Shown: one piece after another, positions 33,273 to 43,794 of the stretch | How positions within the stretch are numbered: the stretch's first letter is position 1 | Layout: every line of letters starts with the position of its first letter | Source of the DNA: an uncultured Planctomycetaceae bacterium | GTDB lineage: Bacteria > Planctomycetota > Planctomycetia > Planctomycetales > Planctomycetaceae | NCBI GenBank assembly: GCA_963815195.1 | Contig: CAWFGE010000012.1 | Coordinates: forward strand, 1,067,390 to 1,131,389 | Direction of reading: 5' to 3' | DNA: 64,000 bases | The notes under the pieces: generated by a model | The model's input: the letters and a program-made list of their open reading frames with translations, nothing else | What the model was told of the DNA's origin: nothing | The model's database searches: none | Translations under genes and position numbers: made by a program

Positions 33273-34487
33273 TCACTTCGTCGAGAGTTCCACGTCATCC
33301 ACGCTGAGCGTGCCTGTCGCGCCGTTGAGGCCGATGCGGATGATCATTTCCCGCGCGTCGGCGGGGACGCGGATGCGGGTGGCGACGGTTTCCCAGTCTT
33401 GTTTGCCCGCCCAAGGGCCGATCGTGTTTTCGCCGATCGGCTTGCGGATCGAATCGTAAAAGTGCACCATCAAACCCGCCTCGTAATTCCGGCCATAGTT
33501 CCGCACTTTGTCGTACTTCACCTTGAGGCTCACCCGCAGGTTGCGGACTTTGCGGCCGTCGATCGCCATGCCTTGGAGGACCTGAGCCAGCCGGCCGGGC
33601 TCCTCGTTTTCAAACTGCAGATTCCGCTTGCCTTCGGGGGCACCCTCGGCGATGAGCTTCGTCTGCCTTTGATAATGCCAGTTGTCGGCGCGGCCGTCGT
33701 CGTTGGCGTCCGTTTCGAAGCCGCCGTTGACGATTTGGGGATGCAGCGGATCGGGCTTTACCTGGCGGTTGTCTTCCGAGATGCCCGTCATCGGCACGAA
33801 CAAGGTCGGGATCAGTTTTTTCTGAAACAGCTTCCCGTCTTTTTTCTCGAACAGGTAAAACACCTGCTGGTAGCGCTGGCCCAGCGGGATGATCATTCGG
33901 CCGCCTTCGCGGAGCTGCTCGACCAGCGGGGTGGGCACTTTTTCGGGCGAGCAGGTGACGATGATCTTGTCGAACGGGGCGTGCTCCGCCCAGCCTTTGT
34001 AGCCGTCGCCCACCTTGGTGAAGACGTTGGTGTAGCCGAGCTTCTTCAAGCGGGTCGCGGCCGCCTCGCCCAGGGGTTCGACGATCTCGATCGAGTAGAC
34101 TTCCTTCGCCAATTCGCCGAGAACCGCCGCCTGGTAACCGCTGCCCGTGCCGATTTCCAGCACGCGCTCGGTCGGCTGCGGATCGATCGTCTCGGTCATG
34201 TAGGCCACGATGTAAGGCGGCGAAATGGTTTGCTTATAGCCAATGGGCCACGCCCCGTCCCAATAGGCTTTGGGAACGAGCGTCGCCGGGACGAACTCGT
34301 GCCGGGGCACTTTTCGCATCGCGGCGATGACCCGGCGATTGGAGATGCCCTCCTTCACCAGAAACTCGTCGACCATCATGTTCCGCAGCGTCTCCATGCG
34401 GTCGATTTGGCCGAAGCCGGGCCGCAGGAAGGCCCCCAAGGTCAAAAGGCCGGCTGTGGCCACGATGAGTGCGGTCCGCTTCATCAC
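33273..34487 (-). CDS. pcm: Protein-L-isoaspartate O-methyltransferase with signal peptide and C-terminal CBM-like domain
   Basis: VPRHEFV, QTISPPY, VLEIGTGSGYQAA, GDGYKGW, APFDKII, QLREGG; then NGGFE...VDDVEL. Confidence 0.92.
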   Translation of the reverse strand: MMKRTALIVATAGLLTLGAFLRPGFGQIDRMETLRNMMVDEFLVKEGISNRRVIAAMRKVPRHEFVPATLVPKAYWDGAWPIGYKQTISPPYIVAYMTETIDPQPTERVLEIGTGSGYQAAVLGELAKEVYSIEIVEPLGEAAATRLKKLGYTNVFTKVGDGYKGWAEHAPFDKIIVTCSPEKVPTPLVEQLREGGRMIIPLGQRYQQVFYLFEKKDGKLFQKKLIPTLFVPMTGISEDNRQVKPDPLHPQIVNGGFETDANDDGRADNWHYQRQTKLIAEGAPEGKRNLQFENEEPGRLAQVLQGMAIDGRKVRNLRVSLKVKYDKVRNYGRNYEAGLMVHFYDSIRKPIGENTIGPWAGKQDWETVATRIRVPADAREMIIRIGLNGATGTLSVDDVELSTK

Positions 34488-34806
34488 GTTAAACTCCTGT
34501 CGAGAGGGTGTTCCTCTGATCGTCCGCGCGGCGCCCGAAGAGTTTCGTCAAAGGCCGTCCTTGCCCGACCTCCGGATTTCGCGCCCATTGACTTACTCTA
34601 CAAAGATCTCCGATTCGTTTCGACCCGAAAATCAGGCCCGGCATGCCCATCCCTGGATTGAAGTTGGGGGGAATGCGTGAATTGAGCAACAAGCCGGCGT
34701 TCCTCTTGACCGGATTCGCGGATTCCTTAACCTTCCGATCCGCGCGACTCCGCGCTCGGGCTGGGATTATCGACGGAACGCAGGGAATTCTGCTGAAGGA
34801 AAAGCC

Positions 34807-36795
34807 GTGCTTCGAGTTGGCTGGATGCGCTGGACGCCGCTATTCACCCTGGGACTGCTCTGGGCGGTCCTGTTGGGGTGCGGGGGCCAGCGGTTCGTCA
34901 AACTTCGCGAGCAGCCCAAGAACCCGCTCGCCGAGCAACTCCGCCTCACCGCGCGGGGCGGCCCGGAACCCAGTCTCCGCACCGTGCAGCTTTTGAGGCG
35001 TTACGCCCTGCCCACGGGGCGGTTTACCGATCCCGAAAAACTCATCGCCCAGCTCGCGGTGCTGCACAACCAGGAACCGACGGCCGAGAGCTGCTATGCC
35101 CTCGCGGAACTCAGCTACATCGCCGCCGTGCGGATGCAGTTGACCCATCCGCACCGCGCCCAGGAGTGGTATCTCAACTGCGTGGCCCAGGCGTATGCGT
35201 ATTTGTTCGATGCCAAGTTCCGCCGGGAACGAAATCCCTATGATCCCCAATTCCGCGGGGCCTGCGACCTCTATAACGCCGCCCTCGAAGACTGCCTGCG
35301 CATCGCCAAGAAGGAAGGCACGTTCCGTCCCGGCAGCACGCTCAAGGTGGCGACCTGCGACAACACGCTGGAAGTCTCCATCACCGCGCGGGGCTTTCGC
35401 TGGAAGGCCGAGGACTTCGACAGCTTCGAGTTCGTCTCCGACTATGATCTGGAAGGCCTGAAAAACCGCTACCACAAATACGGCTTAGGCGTGCCTTTAA
35501 TCGCCGTGCGGAAAAACGGCAGCGCCCCGGCGGAGGTCGAACGCTTTTACGCGCGGGGGTTGTGTTTCCCGGTCACCGCGTTTTTGCGGCTGCATCCTCA
35601 AGAGACCGGAGGCTCCGCCGATTCGTCCGAAGACCCCCGGCACCTCAAAGCCCAGTTGGAACTCTATGATCCCTTGGAACTCACCGACGTCGAAGTCGCC
35701 GGCCGCACCGTGCCTTTGGAAAGCGACCTCAGCACGCCGCTCGCCTATTTTCTGAACGATCCCAACATCCAAAAGCTCGACACCTTCGGGCTCTTACATC
35801 CCGATCAGGCCAAGAAGATCGCCGGGCTGTATATGATCCAGCCCTATCAGCCGGGAAAAATTCCGGTGCTGATGGTGCATGGGCTTTGGTCGAGCCCCAT
35901 GACTTGGATGGAAGCCCTCAACGATTTGCGGAGCGACCCGCTCCTTCGCGAGAATTACCAGTTCTGGTTTTATCTCTATCCCACGGGCGAGCCGTTCTGG
36001 AAATCCGCGGCGGATTTGCGGGACGACTTGCGGATCGTCCACGACACGTTCGCCCCGCGCGATCCGGGGAATCGGCTGGACGACATGGTGCTCGTCGGCC
36101 ACAGCATGGGCGGGCTGATCTCGCGGCTGATCACTTACGACAGCGGCGACCGTTATTGGAACAGCGTCAGCCGCACGCCCTTCGACAAGGTCGAAGCCCC
36201 GCCCGAATTGAAAGAGCAGATCCAGCGCGTCTACTTCTTCCAGCCGGAGCCCGCGGTCTCGCGGGTGATCACGATCGCCACGCCGCACCGGGGCAGCGAC
36301 TATGCCAACAGTCTCACGCGCTGGATGGGCCGGCGTTTGATTTCCATTCCCAAGCTCACGATCAACACAACCAAACAGCTTTTGGAACTGAACCCGGGCG
36401 CGTTCCGCCTGGACGAATCGGACATGGTCACCACCAGCCTCGATTCGCTCTCGCCCAAGTCCCCGATTCTCAAAGCCATGCTGCAAACACCCCAATCGCC
36501 CGGCGTGAAATATCACAACATCGTGGGCATCACCAAACGGGACAAACCCTTGGAGGAAAACACCGACGGCGTCGTCGCCTACCCCAGCGCCCACCGGACG
36601 GATGTGGAATCGGAAATCGTCGTCGAAGCCGATCACAGCGAAGCCCACCGCCACCCCGCCGCCATCCGTGAAATCCGCCGGATCCTCTTAAAGCACCTGG
36701 AAGAGACCCAAAGGCAGCGGTTCCCGGTCGTCCCGCTCGACTACAAAACCTCCGCCACCGTCTCGGCCCCGGCGGTCGAAAAAACGGTCGAATAA
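34807..36795 (+). CDS. Lipoprotein alpha/beta hydrolase (lipase/esterase-like)
   Basis: Lipobox LLGC, VHGLWS, GHSMGG, IATPHRGS, DGVV. Confidence 0.88.
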   Translation: MLRVGWMRWTPLFTLGLLWAVLLGCGGQRFVKLREQPKNPLAEQLRLTARGGPEPSLRTVQLLRRYALPTGRFTDPEKLIAQLAVLHNQEPTAESCYALAELSYIAAVRMQLTHPHRAQEWYLNCVAQAYAYLFDAKFRRERNPYDPQFRGACDLYNAALEDCLRIAKKEGTFRPGSTLKVATCDNTLEVSITARGFRWKAEDFDSFEFVSDYDLEGLKNRYHKYGLGVPLIAVRKNGSAPAEVERFYARGLCFPVTAFLRLHPQETGGSADSSEDPRHLKAQLELYDPLELTDVEVAGRTVPLESDLSTPLAYFLNDPNIQKLDTFGLLHPDQAKKIAGLYMIQPYQPGKIPVLMVHGLWSSPMTWMEALNDLRSDPLLRENYQFWFYLYPTGEPFWKSAADLRDDLRIVHDTFAPRDPGNRLDDMVLVGHSMGGLISRLITYDSGDRYWNSVSRTPFDKVEAPPELKEQIQRVYFFQPEPAVSRVITIATPHRGSDYANSLTRWMGRRLISIPKLTINTTKQLLELNPGAFRLDESDMVTTSLDSLSPKSPILKAMLQTPQSPGVKYHNIVGITKRDKPLEENTDGVVAYPSAHRTDVESEIVVEADHSEAHRHPAAIREIRRILLKHLEETQRQRFPVVPLDYKTSATVSAPAVEKTVE

Positions 36796-36835
36796 CCGCC
36801 GGGCTCGGCGCCGTGAAGTCGTGTCCGCTAACGAG

Positions 36836-37198
36836 TCACTCCGGCGCGAGAATCTGAGAATTGCGCTCGTTCTCCAACCACCGCCGGATCCGGCCGCGGG
36901 TCGAGATCGCCCCGCCGTTGCCGATGGGCAGTACACAGGCGAGCCATTTCGCCAGCCGCCAGGGCACCGGCTGATAAAGCCCGTCCCCAAACCGCACCGC
37001 GACGCCGCGCCGTTCCAAGGGAGGTTGCCCCTGCGCCGCCGAGAGCCAGTTCCGCAGCAATCCACTGAGCCGGTTTCGCTCCCACCAAGGCAATGCCAGC
37101 AATGCCAGCACCAGCCGCAGCTCGTCTTCGTTCGCCGGATGCGCGACCGCATCCGGATGCGGCGGCCGCTCGAATCGTAACCAGAGGATGTTTTGCAT
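36836..37198 (-). CDS. Hypothetical protein, possibly the last gene of the phage-like operon
   Basis: About 120-aa Trp/Arg-rich ORF co-oriented with the portal gene, from which the IS481 separates it. Confidence 0.55.
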   Translation of the reverse strand: MQNILWLRFERPPHPDAVAHPANEDELRLVLALLALPWWERNRLSGLLRNWLSAAQGQPPLERRGVAVRFGDGLYQPVPWRLAKWLACVLPIGNGGAISTRGRIRRWLENERNSQILAPE

Positions 37199-37277
37199 TT
37201 TGTGCTCCCACACTTTATTGAACGCGTCTCACTCCGAAGTGAGGGAGGAGAGAGATTAGAGGATGGAGGTTAGAAAA

Positions 37278-38828
37278 GGTACAGGTTCAGGACATGGGTA
37301 ACAGTTCTGGTTCAGGACATAGGTGACACTTTAAGGGAAAATCTGGTCGAAAGGAGACCAGATTATGCCCTGGAAAGAGGTCGATGTTTTGAATCTGCGG
37401 ACAGAGTTTGTGCTGCGTGTGTTTGAGTCGAAGGTCCCATTTGCCGAGCTGTGCCAGGAGTATGGGATCAGCCGCAAGACGGGTTACAAATGGAAAGAAC
37501 GTTTTTTGGAACAAGGCTTGGAGGGGTTGGGCGATCAATCGCGTCGACCCGCTCAAAGTCCGAATCAGGTCGGCGAGGAAACCCTTTGCCGGATGGTCAA
37601 GTTGAAGCTGGCGCATCCGGCTTGGGGACCACGGAAGATCCGCGCCGTGTTTGGTCGGAATCATCCCGAGGTCGATCTGCCATCGGAAAGCACGTTCAAG
37701 CGGGTGCTCGACAAAGCGGGCTTGGTCAAGCGCCGCCGGCGTCGCGCTTCGGTGGAGTCGGGCCGGATTCAAAACCGTCTCGAAGCCGAGCGGCCCAATC
37801 ACGTCTGGACGGTCGATTTCAAAGGCTGGTGGCGCACCGGGGATCGGATGCGCTTCGAGCCCTTGACGGTGCGCGACGCTTACAGCCGCTTCATTCTTTG
37901 CGCGCAGGCTTTGGAGAACAGCCGCACTCAGACCGTTCAGAGCGCGTTCGAGCGATTGTTCCTCCAGCAGGGCTTGCCGGAAGTCATTCGCAGCGACAAC
38001 GGCTCGCCGTTTGCTTGCACGCGGGCTCCATTGGGTCTGAGCCGTCTGTCGGCCTGGTGGCTGGCATTGGGCGTGGACCTGGATCGGATTCCGCCCGCGC
38101 GGCCGGATCAGAATCGCGCGCACGAGCGAATGCATCGGGACATTGCTTGGGAGTTGGAATGCGACGCCGAGGCCACGCTCCCCTCCCAACAGGCGGCCTT
38201 GGACGTATGGCGCGCCACCTACAACACCGAGCGTCCGCACGAGGCTCTGGGGATGCAGGTTCCCGCCGATTTGTACGTTCCCTCGCCGCGCCGCTTCGAG
38301 GCGGACGAGTTGGTGTTGGAGTACCCGGCGGAGTATTTGCGCCGCCATGTGGGCCCCAGCGGGGCGATCAAGGTTCACAACATCCGCATCCCCGTTTCGG
38401 AAGCCTTGGCCGGCTGGGACGTGGGCTTGAAGTACGAAGCGGCGAAGCGTTACGGCTTGTGGTTTTGCCGGCTGCGGTTGGGCGAAGTGGACCTGGAAAC
38501 CCAGAAGTTTACAGCCGTCAAGTCGTAAGACTGTTGGGGGCTTTGCCCCCAAACCCCCAGGATTTTTCGCCTGGGGTCCAAAGCAGGTTGGGGAAGACAA
38601 GAAGGGAAGCGAACCCTGTGGCGCGCTCCCCTCCTGCTTCGGACCCCACGCCGGCGCTCGGGTTGCTTCCCAGCAGAGCCCTATCCTCCTCGTGGGTAAG
38701 GCAGTCTTCGGCGCTTTAACCGGAAGGTCTTTAAGAGTTCTCATCATCGTGTTGAGTTCCAACCGAAACTGAAGTCCAGCGCCACCCATGTCCTGACCTA
38801 AAAGCGCCACCTATGTCCTGACTGTTCC
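37278..38828 (+). mobile_element. IS481-family insertion sequence
   Basis: Each end has two TCAGGACAT(A/G)GGT repeats, inverted between ends; termini GGTACAG / CTGTTCC; AAAA(G) on both flanks as a possible target duplication; ends uncertain by 1-2 nt. Confidence 0.88.
37365..38528 (+). CDS. IS481 DDE transposase
   Basis: MPWKE start, HTH GISRKTGYKW, WTVDFKG, IRSDNGSPF, HERMHR, YNTERPHEAL. Confidence 0.95.
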   Translation: MPWKEVDVLNLRTEFVLRVFESKVPFAELCQEYGISRKTGYKWKERFLEQGLEGLGDQSRRPAQSPNQVGEETLCRMVKLKLAHPAWGPRKIRAVFGRNHPEVDLPSESTFKRVLDKAGLVKRRRRRASVESGRIQNRLEAERPNHVWTVDFKGWWRTGDRMRFEPLTVRDAYSRFILCAQALENSRTQTVQSAFERLFLQQGLPEVIRSDNGSPFACTRAPLGLSRLSAWWLALGVDLDRIPPARPDQNRAHERMHRDIAWELECDAEATLPSQQAALDVWRATYNTERPHEALGMQVPADLYVPSPRRFEADELVLEYPAEYLRRHVGPSGAIKVHNIRIPVSEALAGWDVGLKYEAAKRYGLWFCRLRLGEVDLETQKFTAVKS

Positions 38829-38865
38829 AAAAGACCCACCAACCTCGAATCTCCATCCTCTACCC

Positions 38866-40250
38866 TCACACCGTTTGCTCGTTCCGTTGCGAATGTTCCG
38901 AAGAGATCTCCGCGCATCACCCGCGGGTCCGCCTTATCCCGGCGGGCGATCTCGGCTTTGCTCAAGATGCCCGCTTCCACCAGCCGCACATCGGCCAGGC
39001 GTTCTTTCGGGCGGTCGCGAACGGCGAGATCGGGAAACGTCCATGCGGGTTTGATCCGCTCGAACGCGTTCGCCGGGAGTTGGCCCGCCGCGATGAATTG
39101 CGACAGCACCCACCGCCAGAGCCGGTTCCATTCGCCTGCGAAAAACAGTTGCTCGCTGTGGAACAATTTGACCGCGGGGCCTTCGGCGACGAGCGTGGAG
39201 GCATAGTTGGCGTTGGAGGCATCGGACGTGAGCATGTATTCGGGCAATCCGCTTCCCGCCGCCGCGCAGAGCAACATCAATCGGCCCAAGGGAACGCCGT
39301 CGCGGAAGTTCGTCGTCGGGTTCAGGTATTGAAGGTCGGTGCCTTCCGAGGTGGTGAGGATCGTGCCGGCCCGATATTTCTCTCGCGGGATGACAGAGCC
39401 GGAATCATAAATCGGCCCGCGTTCGCCCACGTCGGCGACGATGCTCGAATCCGTGCCGCCCGTGACCTTCCGCCAGAGCACGATCGAGGCTTGCAGCTTG
39501 CGGGCGATGAGCGTCGTCTCCAGCCAGCGCCTCAAACTGCCCTAAGGTTTCCAGCACCGGGGCGAACCAGGTCAGGCCCCGCTTCTGGTTCGAGTCGGCG
39601 TTGATCCGCGTATGCAGCACTTCGCCGGCGGGAATCCGCTCCGCCAATTCGCCCGAAGCGGGATCGATCCGCAAATACGCGATGCGGGTTTCCACATCTT
39701 GAGCCGCGGTGAGAATGCCCTGCGTGCCGGGATGCTCGGTGGTCTCGCCGATGGTTTCCGGATCGAGAAACCGCACCGTCGGCCCCTCGTCCGACTCGGC
39801 GAACAGCCTCAAAAAACATTCGCCGTCCCGCCAGGTCCGCCGGGCGAACTCGCGGTAGGAAAAGTGCGCGCGGTTCGCCGAGAGAAACTCGGACCACAGA
39901 TGATCGGCCATCATCGTCAGCTTTTGATCGTGCTCATCCGCGCCGGGCCAATGCGGCACCGCGTGCACCGATAAGCCCGGCCCCGTGACGTAAATCTCCA
40001 ACAGCCGGAGCATGTTTGATGCATGCGGATTGCTCGCGACGAGCCGGCGCGCCTGCGTGCGGGCGTCGATGCGGTCCTGCTCATCGAACCGATTCCCCCC
40101 GCCGCCCAACAGCAGCCACTCGCCGGCGTCATCCGCCACCGGACAAGGCCCGCCGCTCTCGGCCAGTTCCAACAACCGCTCCTGCATCAAGCGCTCGTAG
40201 CGGGCCTTGAGCCGGGCCGTCTGATATTTCTCTCGCAGATAATTGAACAT
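38866..40250 (-). CDS. Phage portal protein (lambda-like), frameshifts near 39530 and probably 38910
   Basis: DGECFLRL, VRFLDPE, EVLHTRIN...KRG, GLPEYMLTSDASNANYAS motifs; follows TerL. 3' end reconstructed. Confidence 0.82.
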
Positions 40251-40279
40251 GGCGTTGTCCTTTGAAATTGAAATGAAAA

Positions 40280-40476
40280 GGCGAGCGGGGGGCGTCAGCC
40301 CCCTGGTTATTCTCAAAAATCAGAAATTCAGTACTTCCAAAAATGCCTGAGCCGCGCACGAAGTAAGCGGTCTTGCGCCGCCTGAGTCCCTGAAAACCGC
40401 TTACTTCGTGCGCGGCTCTTGGTGTTTTGTGCATAACCAGGGGGCTTACGCCCGGGCATCAGCCCCCCCGCTCGCC
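40280..40476. repeat. REPIN-like element (family A arms) with a nested perfect 23-bp inverted repeat
   Basis: Outer GGCGAGCGGGGGGCGTCAGCCCCCTGGTTAT and its inverted copy; inner GAGCCGCGCACGAAGTAAGCGGT at 40349-40371 and 40396-40418. Confidence 0.85.
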
Positions 40477-40479
40477 TGC

Positions 40480-41889
40480 TCACCAGGCAAACCCGCCGTC
40501 CGCGGCGGGCGGGGTGATCGCGAGCCACTCCGCGCTCACGGGCTGCTTGAGCGCATGCCAACACGCGGCCCCCAATGCAAATGCGCGGTCATCGTGAAAA
40601 TCCCCGTCCCGCCGGTGATCGATTCGGCAGCGGCCGGAAGGCGATTGCCGAAAGAGCAGCGATGCCAGTTCCGTTTCCAAATCATCCCGCAGCGGCGTAC
40701 CCGACCGCTTTCCGCAATCGGGATACCAGGCGACTTGCTTTTGCCGAATCAACCGATAGAGCGTCAAAGCCAATTCGTGATTGCCCTTGCCGCCGGCGAA
40801 CTCGAACCGCCGAGTTTTCACCTTCCGCTCCCAGGCTTGAATCACTCCCAAAAGCTGCCATTCATCGAGGATGAACTCGACCCGCTGAAATTTCCCCGAG
40901 ATGCGTTCGATCCAATCGCTGACCCAGGCCACCTGCGTCGGCGAATCGGGCCGCGGCACGACCACATCCATCCGATCCACGACGAGCCGATAGGAATCGT
41001 CGCCCACCGCTTCCTTGTGCAGCACCACGCCCACGGTCAGGTCGCGCTTCTCGGCATAATCGATCGCCGCGTAGTATTGCCGGCCCGGCTGGCCTTGGGT
41101 TTGCTCTTTCAAAGAGTCGTCCCGGCAAGCCTCGGCCTCGGCGAGCGTGACAAACTCCCCGTCCGAATGCTGCCAGCGGTTGAGCCACAACCGCTCGAAC
41201 ACCGGCGCGGGCAAGAGGGCCTGCTGCTCGGCCAAATGTTGTTCCGTGATCCACGGCGCCTGCGGGCCGTCCAAGGTGGAGAACGCCCACATCGGGTTTT
41301 CGGTTTGGGCATTCTTGCGGGCGGACTCGCGGACCTGCCACTGCCAACCCTGGCCGATGCCCGCGTTCGTCAGCACCGCCAAAACACAATGCGGACGTTT
41401 CGCCGCCGTGGACAACAGCGAATACCACAAATCCGGCTTGGGCCAATGGCAGAGCTCATCACAGATCACAAAGTCCACCAGCAAGCCCCACGAGCTTTGC
41501 ACGTCGGAGGAAATCACCGTCAATCGGCTGCCGGTCTCGCGGTTCTCGATGCGATGTTTGAGCAGCGTCAACGGCTGGAAGATCCAGGCATTGAGATGCA
41601 TCAGCCGCTCAAACGCATCGCGGATCAACGCGGCCTGGTCCTGATCCGCCGCCGCCACGATGCCGCTTAAAGGCCGGCCGGCAAACCGCAGAATCCAAGC
41701 AATCTGCATCGCCATGTCCGAGGTCTTCGCGTGCCCGCGCGGGCGTTCGATCCAGGCCCTGCAAACATTCGTCTCCACCGGCAAACCCGCCAGCTTCCGC
41801 CAGGCGGGATCGAGAAGGGCAAAGTCCCGCGACTGCCAGGGCTGGATGATTTCGCCGAACGGCCGATCGTCATCGCCCGTCAAACGCAT
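40480..41889 (-). CDS. terL: Phage terminase large subunit
   Basis: Walker A PRGHAKT, Walker B VICDE, coupling motif TNA, nuclease AIDYAEKRD and HDDRAFA; uninterrupted ORF; the start may lie slightly upstream. Confidence 0.9.
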   Translation of the reverse strand: MRLTGDDDRPFGEIIQPWQSRDFALLDPAWRKLAGLPVETNVCRAWIERPRGHAKTSDMAMQIAWILRFAGRPLSGIVAAADQDQAALIRDAFERLMHLNAWIFQPLTLLKHRIENRETGSRLTVISSDVQSSWGLLVDFVICDELCHWPKPDLWYSLLSTAAKRPHCVLAVLTNAGIGQGWQWQVRESARKNAQTENPMWAFSTLDGPQAPWITEQHLAEQQALLPAPVFERLWLNRWQHSDGEFVTLAEAEACRDDSLKEQTQGQPGRQYYAAIDYAEKRDLTVGVVLHKEAVGDDSYRLVVDRMDVVVPRPDSPTQVAWVSDWIERISGKFQRVEFILDEWQLLGVIQAWERKVKTRRFEFAGGKGNHELALTLYRLIRQKQVAWYPDCGKRSGTPLRDDLETELASLLFRQSPSGRCRIDHRRDGDFHDDRAFALGAACWHALKQPVSAEWLAITPPAADGGFAW

Positions 41890-42364
41890 ACCAGCCCGAA
41901 ATCTGCTCGGCGATGTACGACAGGCTCTCAACGTCCAGGTTTGCTTCAACTTCGTGCGGCAGGTCAACGCCCACCGCGCGGGCCAGTTCAACAAGCTCGG
42001 CATCGGTCAAATCTCCCAAAAGTTCATCGAAGGTCGCCGGTTCGGTCTCGGCAGGTTCCGCGAATGTGGGCGGCGGGAAGAGTTTGAGCCACGCCTGCTG
42101 CGCGGAGACGTTGCCTTCCATCGCCGTGCGGTAGAGGACCGCCATCACGTTGCCGCTCAAGACGCCCGTAATCTCCCGCACCCGCGTGCGGAAGCCGGCT
42201 TCTTCGTTCACGGTGTGAAGGAACGCCTCGACCGAAACGCCCACCTGCGCGCACGCGGCCGCCGGGGATGCCCCGCGATAAAGCAGGTCGAGCACCGCCG
42301 ATTGCTGGGTTTGGGAAAACGGCGAGAATTCCTCTGTGGGTTCGCACGCGGTTTCTTCATCCAC
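41870..42364 (-). CDS. Terminase small subunit-like HTH protein
   Basis: HTH (ASPAAACAQVGVS) and LYRTAMEGNVSAQQAWLK; overlaps the terL start. Alternative basic start MAKKKSS at 42529. Confidence 0.6.
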   Translation of the reverse strand: MDEETACEPTEEFSPFSQTQQSAVLDLLYRGASPAAACAQVGVSVEAFLHTVNEEAGFRTRVREITGVLSGNVMAVLYRTAMEGNVSAQQAWLKLFPPPTFAEPAETEPATFDELLGDLTDAELVELARAVGVDLPHEVEANLDVESLSYIAEQISGWYAFDGR

Positions 42365-42404
42365 GTGACCAGCCGGCTTACACCGGCCGCTCGCCTTTGG
42401 ATTT

Positions 42405-43680
42405 TCACTTTGCTCCTTTGTGGCCTTTGCCCCTTTGCTCCTTCCGATTATCGAAGATGTAGTACACCGGCTCCGCGTAGCGGCTTTTTTCGTCGGTCTC
42501 TTTCGTGAGGAGCTTTTCTTTTTGGCCATGTCTGGGTCCTGATCCATAAAGGGCGGAATGCCCGCGGCGGGAACGCCGGGCGGGCCGGGTCAAGCCGACG
42601 CGACGAAAGCCGGCTTTCTCGAAAACGGGGTTGATGTGGCCCATCTGCGTGAGAGTTTCGATCCAAGGCCAAGGGGCGGCCCGGCAGCTTTCGCGAACGA
42701 ACGCCGCCGCCAACCCCGCCCCGCGATACACCGGATGCAACACCAACCGCGACAATGTGACGAGCTGATCGTTCAAACTTTGAATCGAAACCCGAGACCA
42801 GCGGCCGGGCTTCCCGAAGAACTTGTTCCGCTGCCTGAGCGACACGGCGGGCGAAGTCATCACGCAGATCCCGATCGGCTCGTCGCCATGCCAGAGCAGC
42901 GTGACGAACTTCACGAACCCGAGGTGATGGCTGCGGTAATGCCAGCGAGCAAAATACGGCCAGTCGCGTGCCGATCCGGTCGTGATCTGGATGCCATTTT
43001 CGAAGCTGATCCGCCGTTTTTTTTTGCGCGGGCTCGGCGGGAGAATCTTCATCGGGCCGGACGCAATCGATCCCGCCGTCCAATCGGCAAACAACAGACA
43101 GCGACGGCGAAAGATCGCTCAAAATATCCTCGTGCGTCGTCGCGAGCAAAAACCCGATGCCGGTGCGGTCGGCCAGCCGGCGGAGATTGAAGGCGACCAC
43201 CTTCGCGAGCGTGCGGTCGAGCGTCGCGGAAAATTCATCGGCCACGATCCAATTCGGCTTTTGAGACAAAGCGAGCGCCAATCGAAACCGATACCGCTGC
43301 CCATCGCTGAGTTCGGCGGGCGTCCGCAACAACAGCCGGGCTTCGCCGAGACCGCACGCGGCCAGAATCCCCATCGCCTCCGAAACAGGAATCTCCAAAG
43401 CCTCGATCAAAATCCGCTCGCCGAGTTCCAATTCATTGAGATTCAATACCGCTTGACCTTCCGCCGCCAACCCATCCGCGGCCGCTCGCATCAAGCTCGA
43501 TTTCCCCGACCCCGACGCCCCGGTAAAGCACACCACATCCCCCGGACGAATCGGCAACTCGAAGTCTTCCGCAATCACATAAGCCCCCGTTTCAAACCCG
43601 ATCCCAAAATGATCCATCACCACCGCCGCCCGGCAAGACGGCTGCTTCGCGCGGAAGTCATAGGCAACATTGAGTTTCAT
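42405..43680 (-). CDS. ABC-type ATPase fused to a Mom-like GNAT acetyltransferase (frame break at an A9 run, 43017-43025)
   Basis: GASGSGKS, LSDGQRYR, VADEF, ATTH; after a +1 shift FARWHY and RLVLHPVYRGAGLA (acetyl-CoA motif). Confidence 0.8.
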
Positions 43681-43794
43681 CGTTCATCCTTTGTCAGTAA
43701 TAGTTTTCAGTTTTTTGCCGAGCCGAGCCCCGTGAGGGGCCGGTTATGCCAGTTTCATGTTTCATGTTCTTGGTCATAGGGGCTTGGTCATTCA

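Noticed and set aside
37281..37330. CRISPR-like direct repeats (GGTTCAGGACAT twice)
   Set aside because: Only two copies with an 11-nt gap, mirrored at the other IS end; these are IS481 terminal repeats and no cas genes are present.
42448..43680. ABC transporter
   Set aside because: No permease or binding protein nearby; the ATPase is joined to a GNAT domain in a phage-type context.
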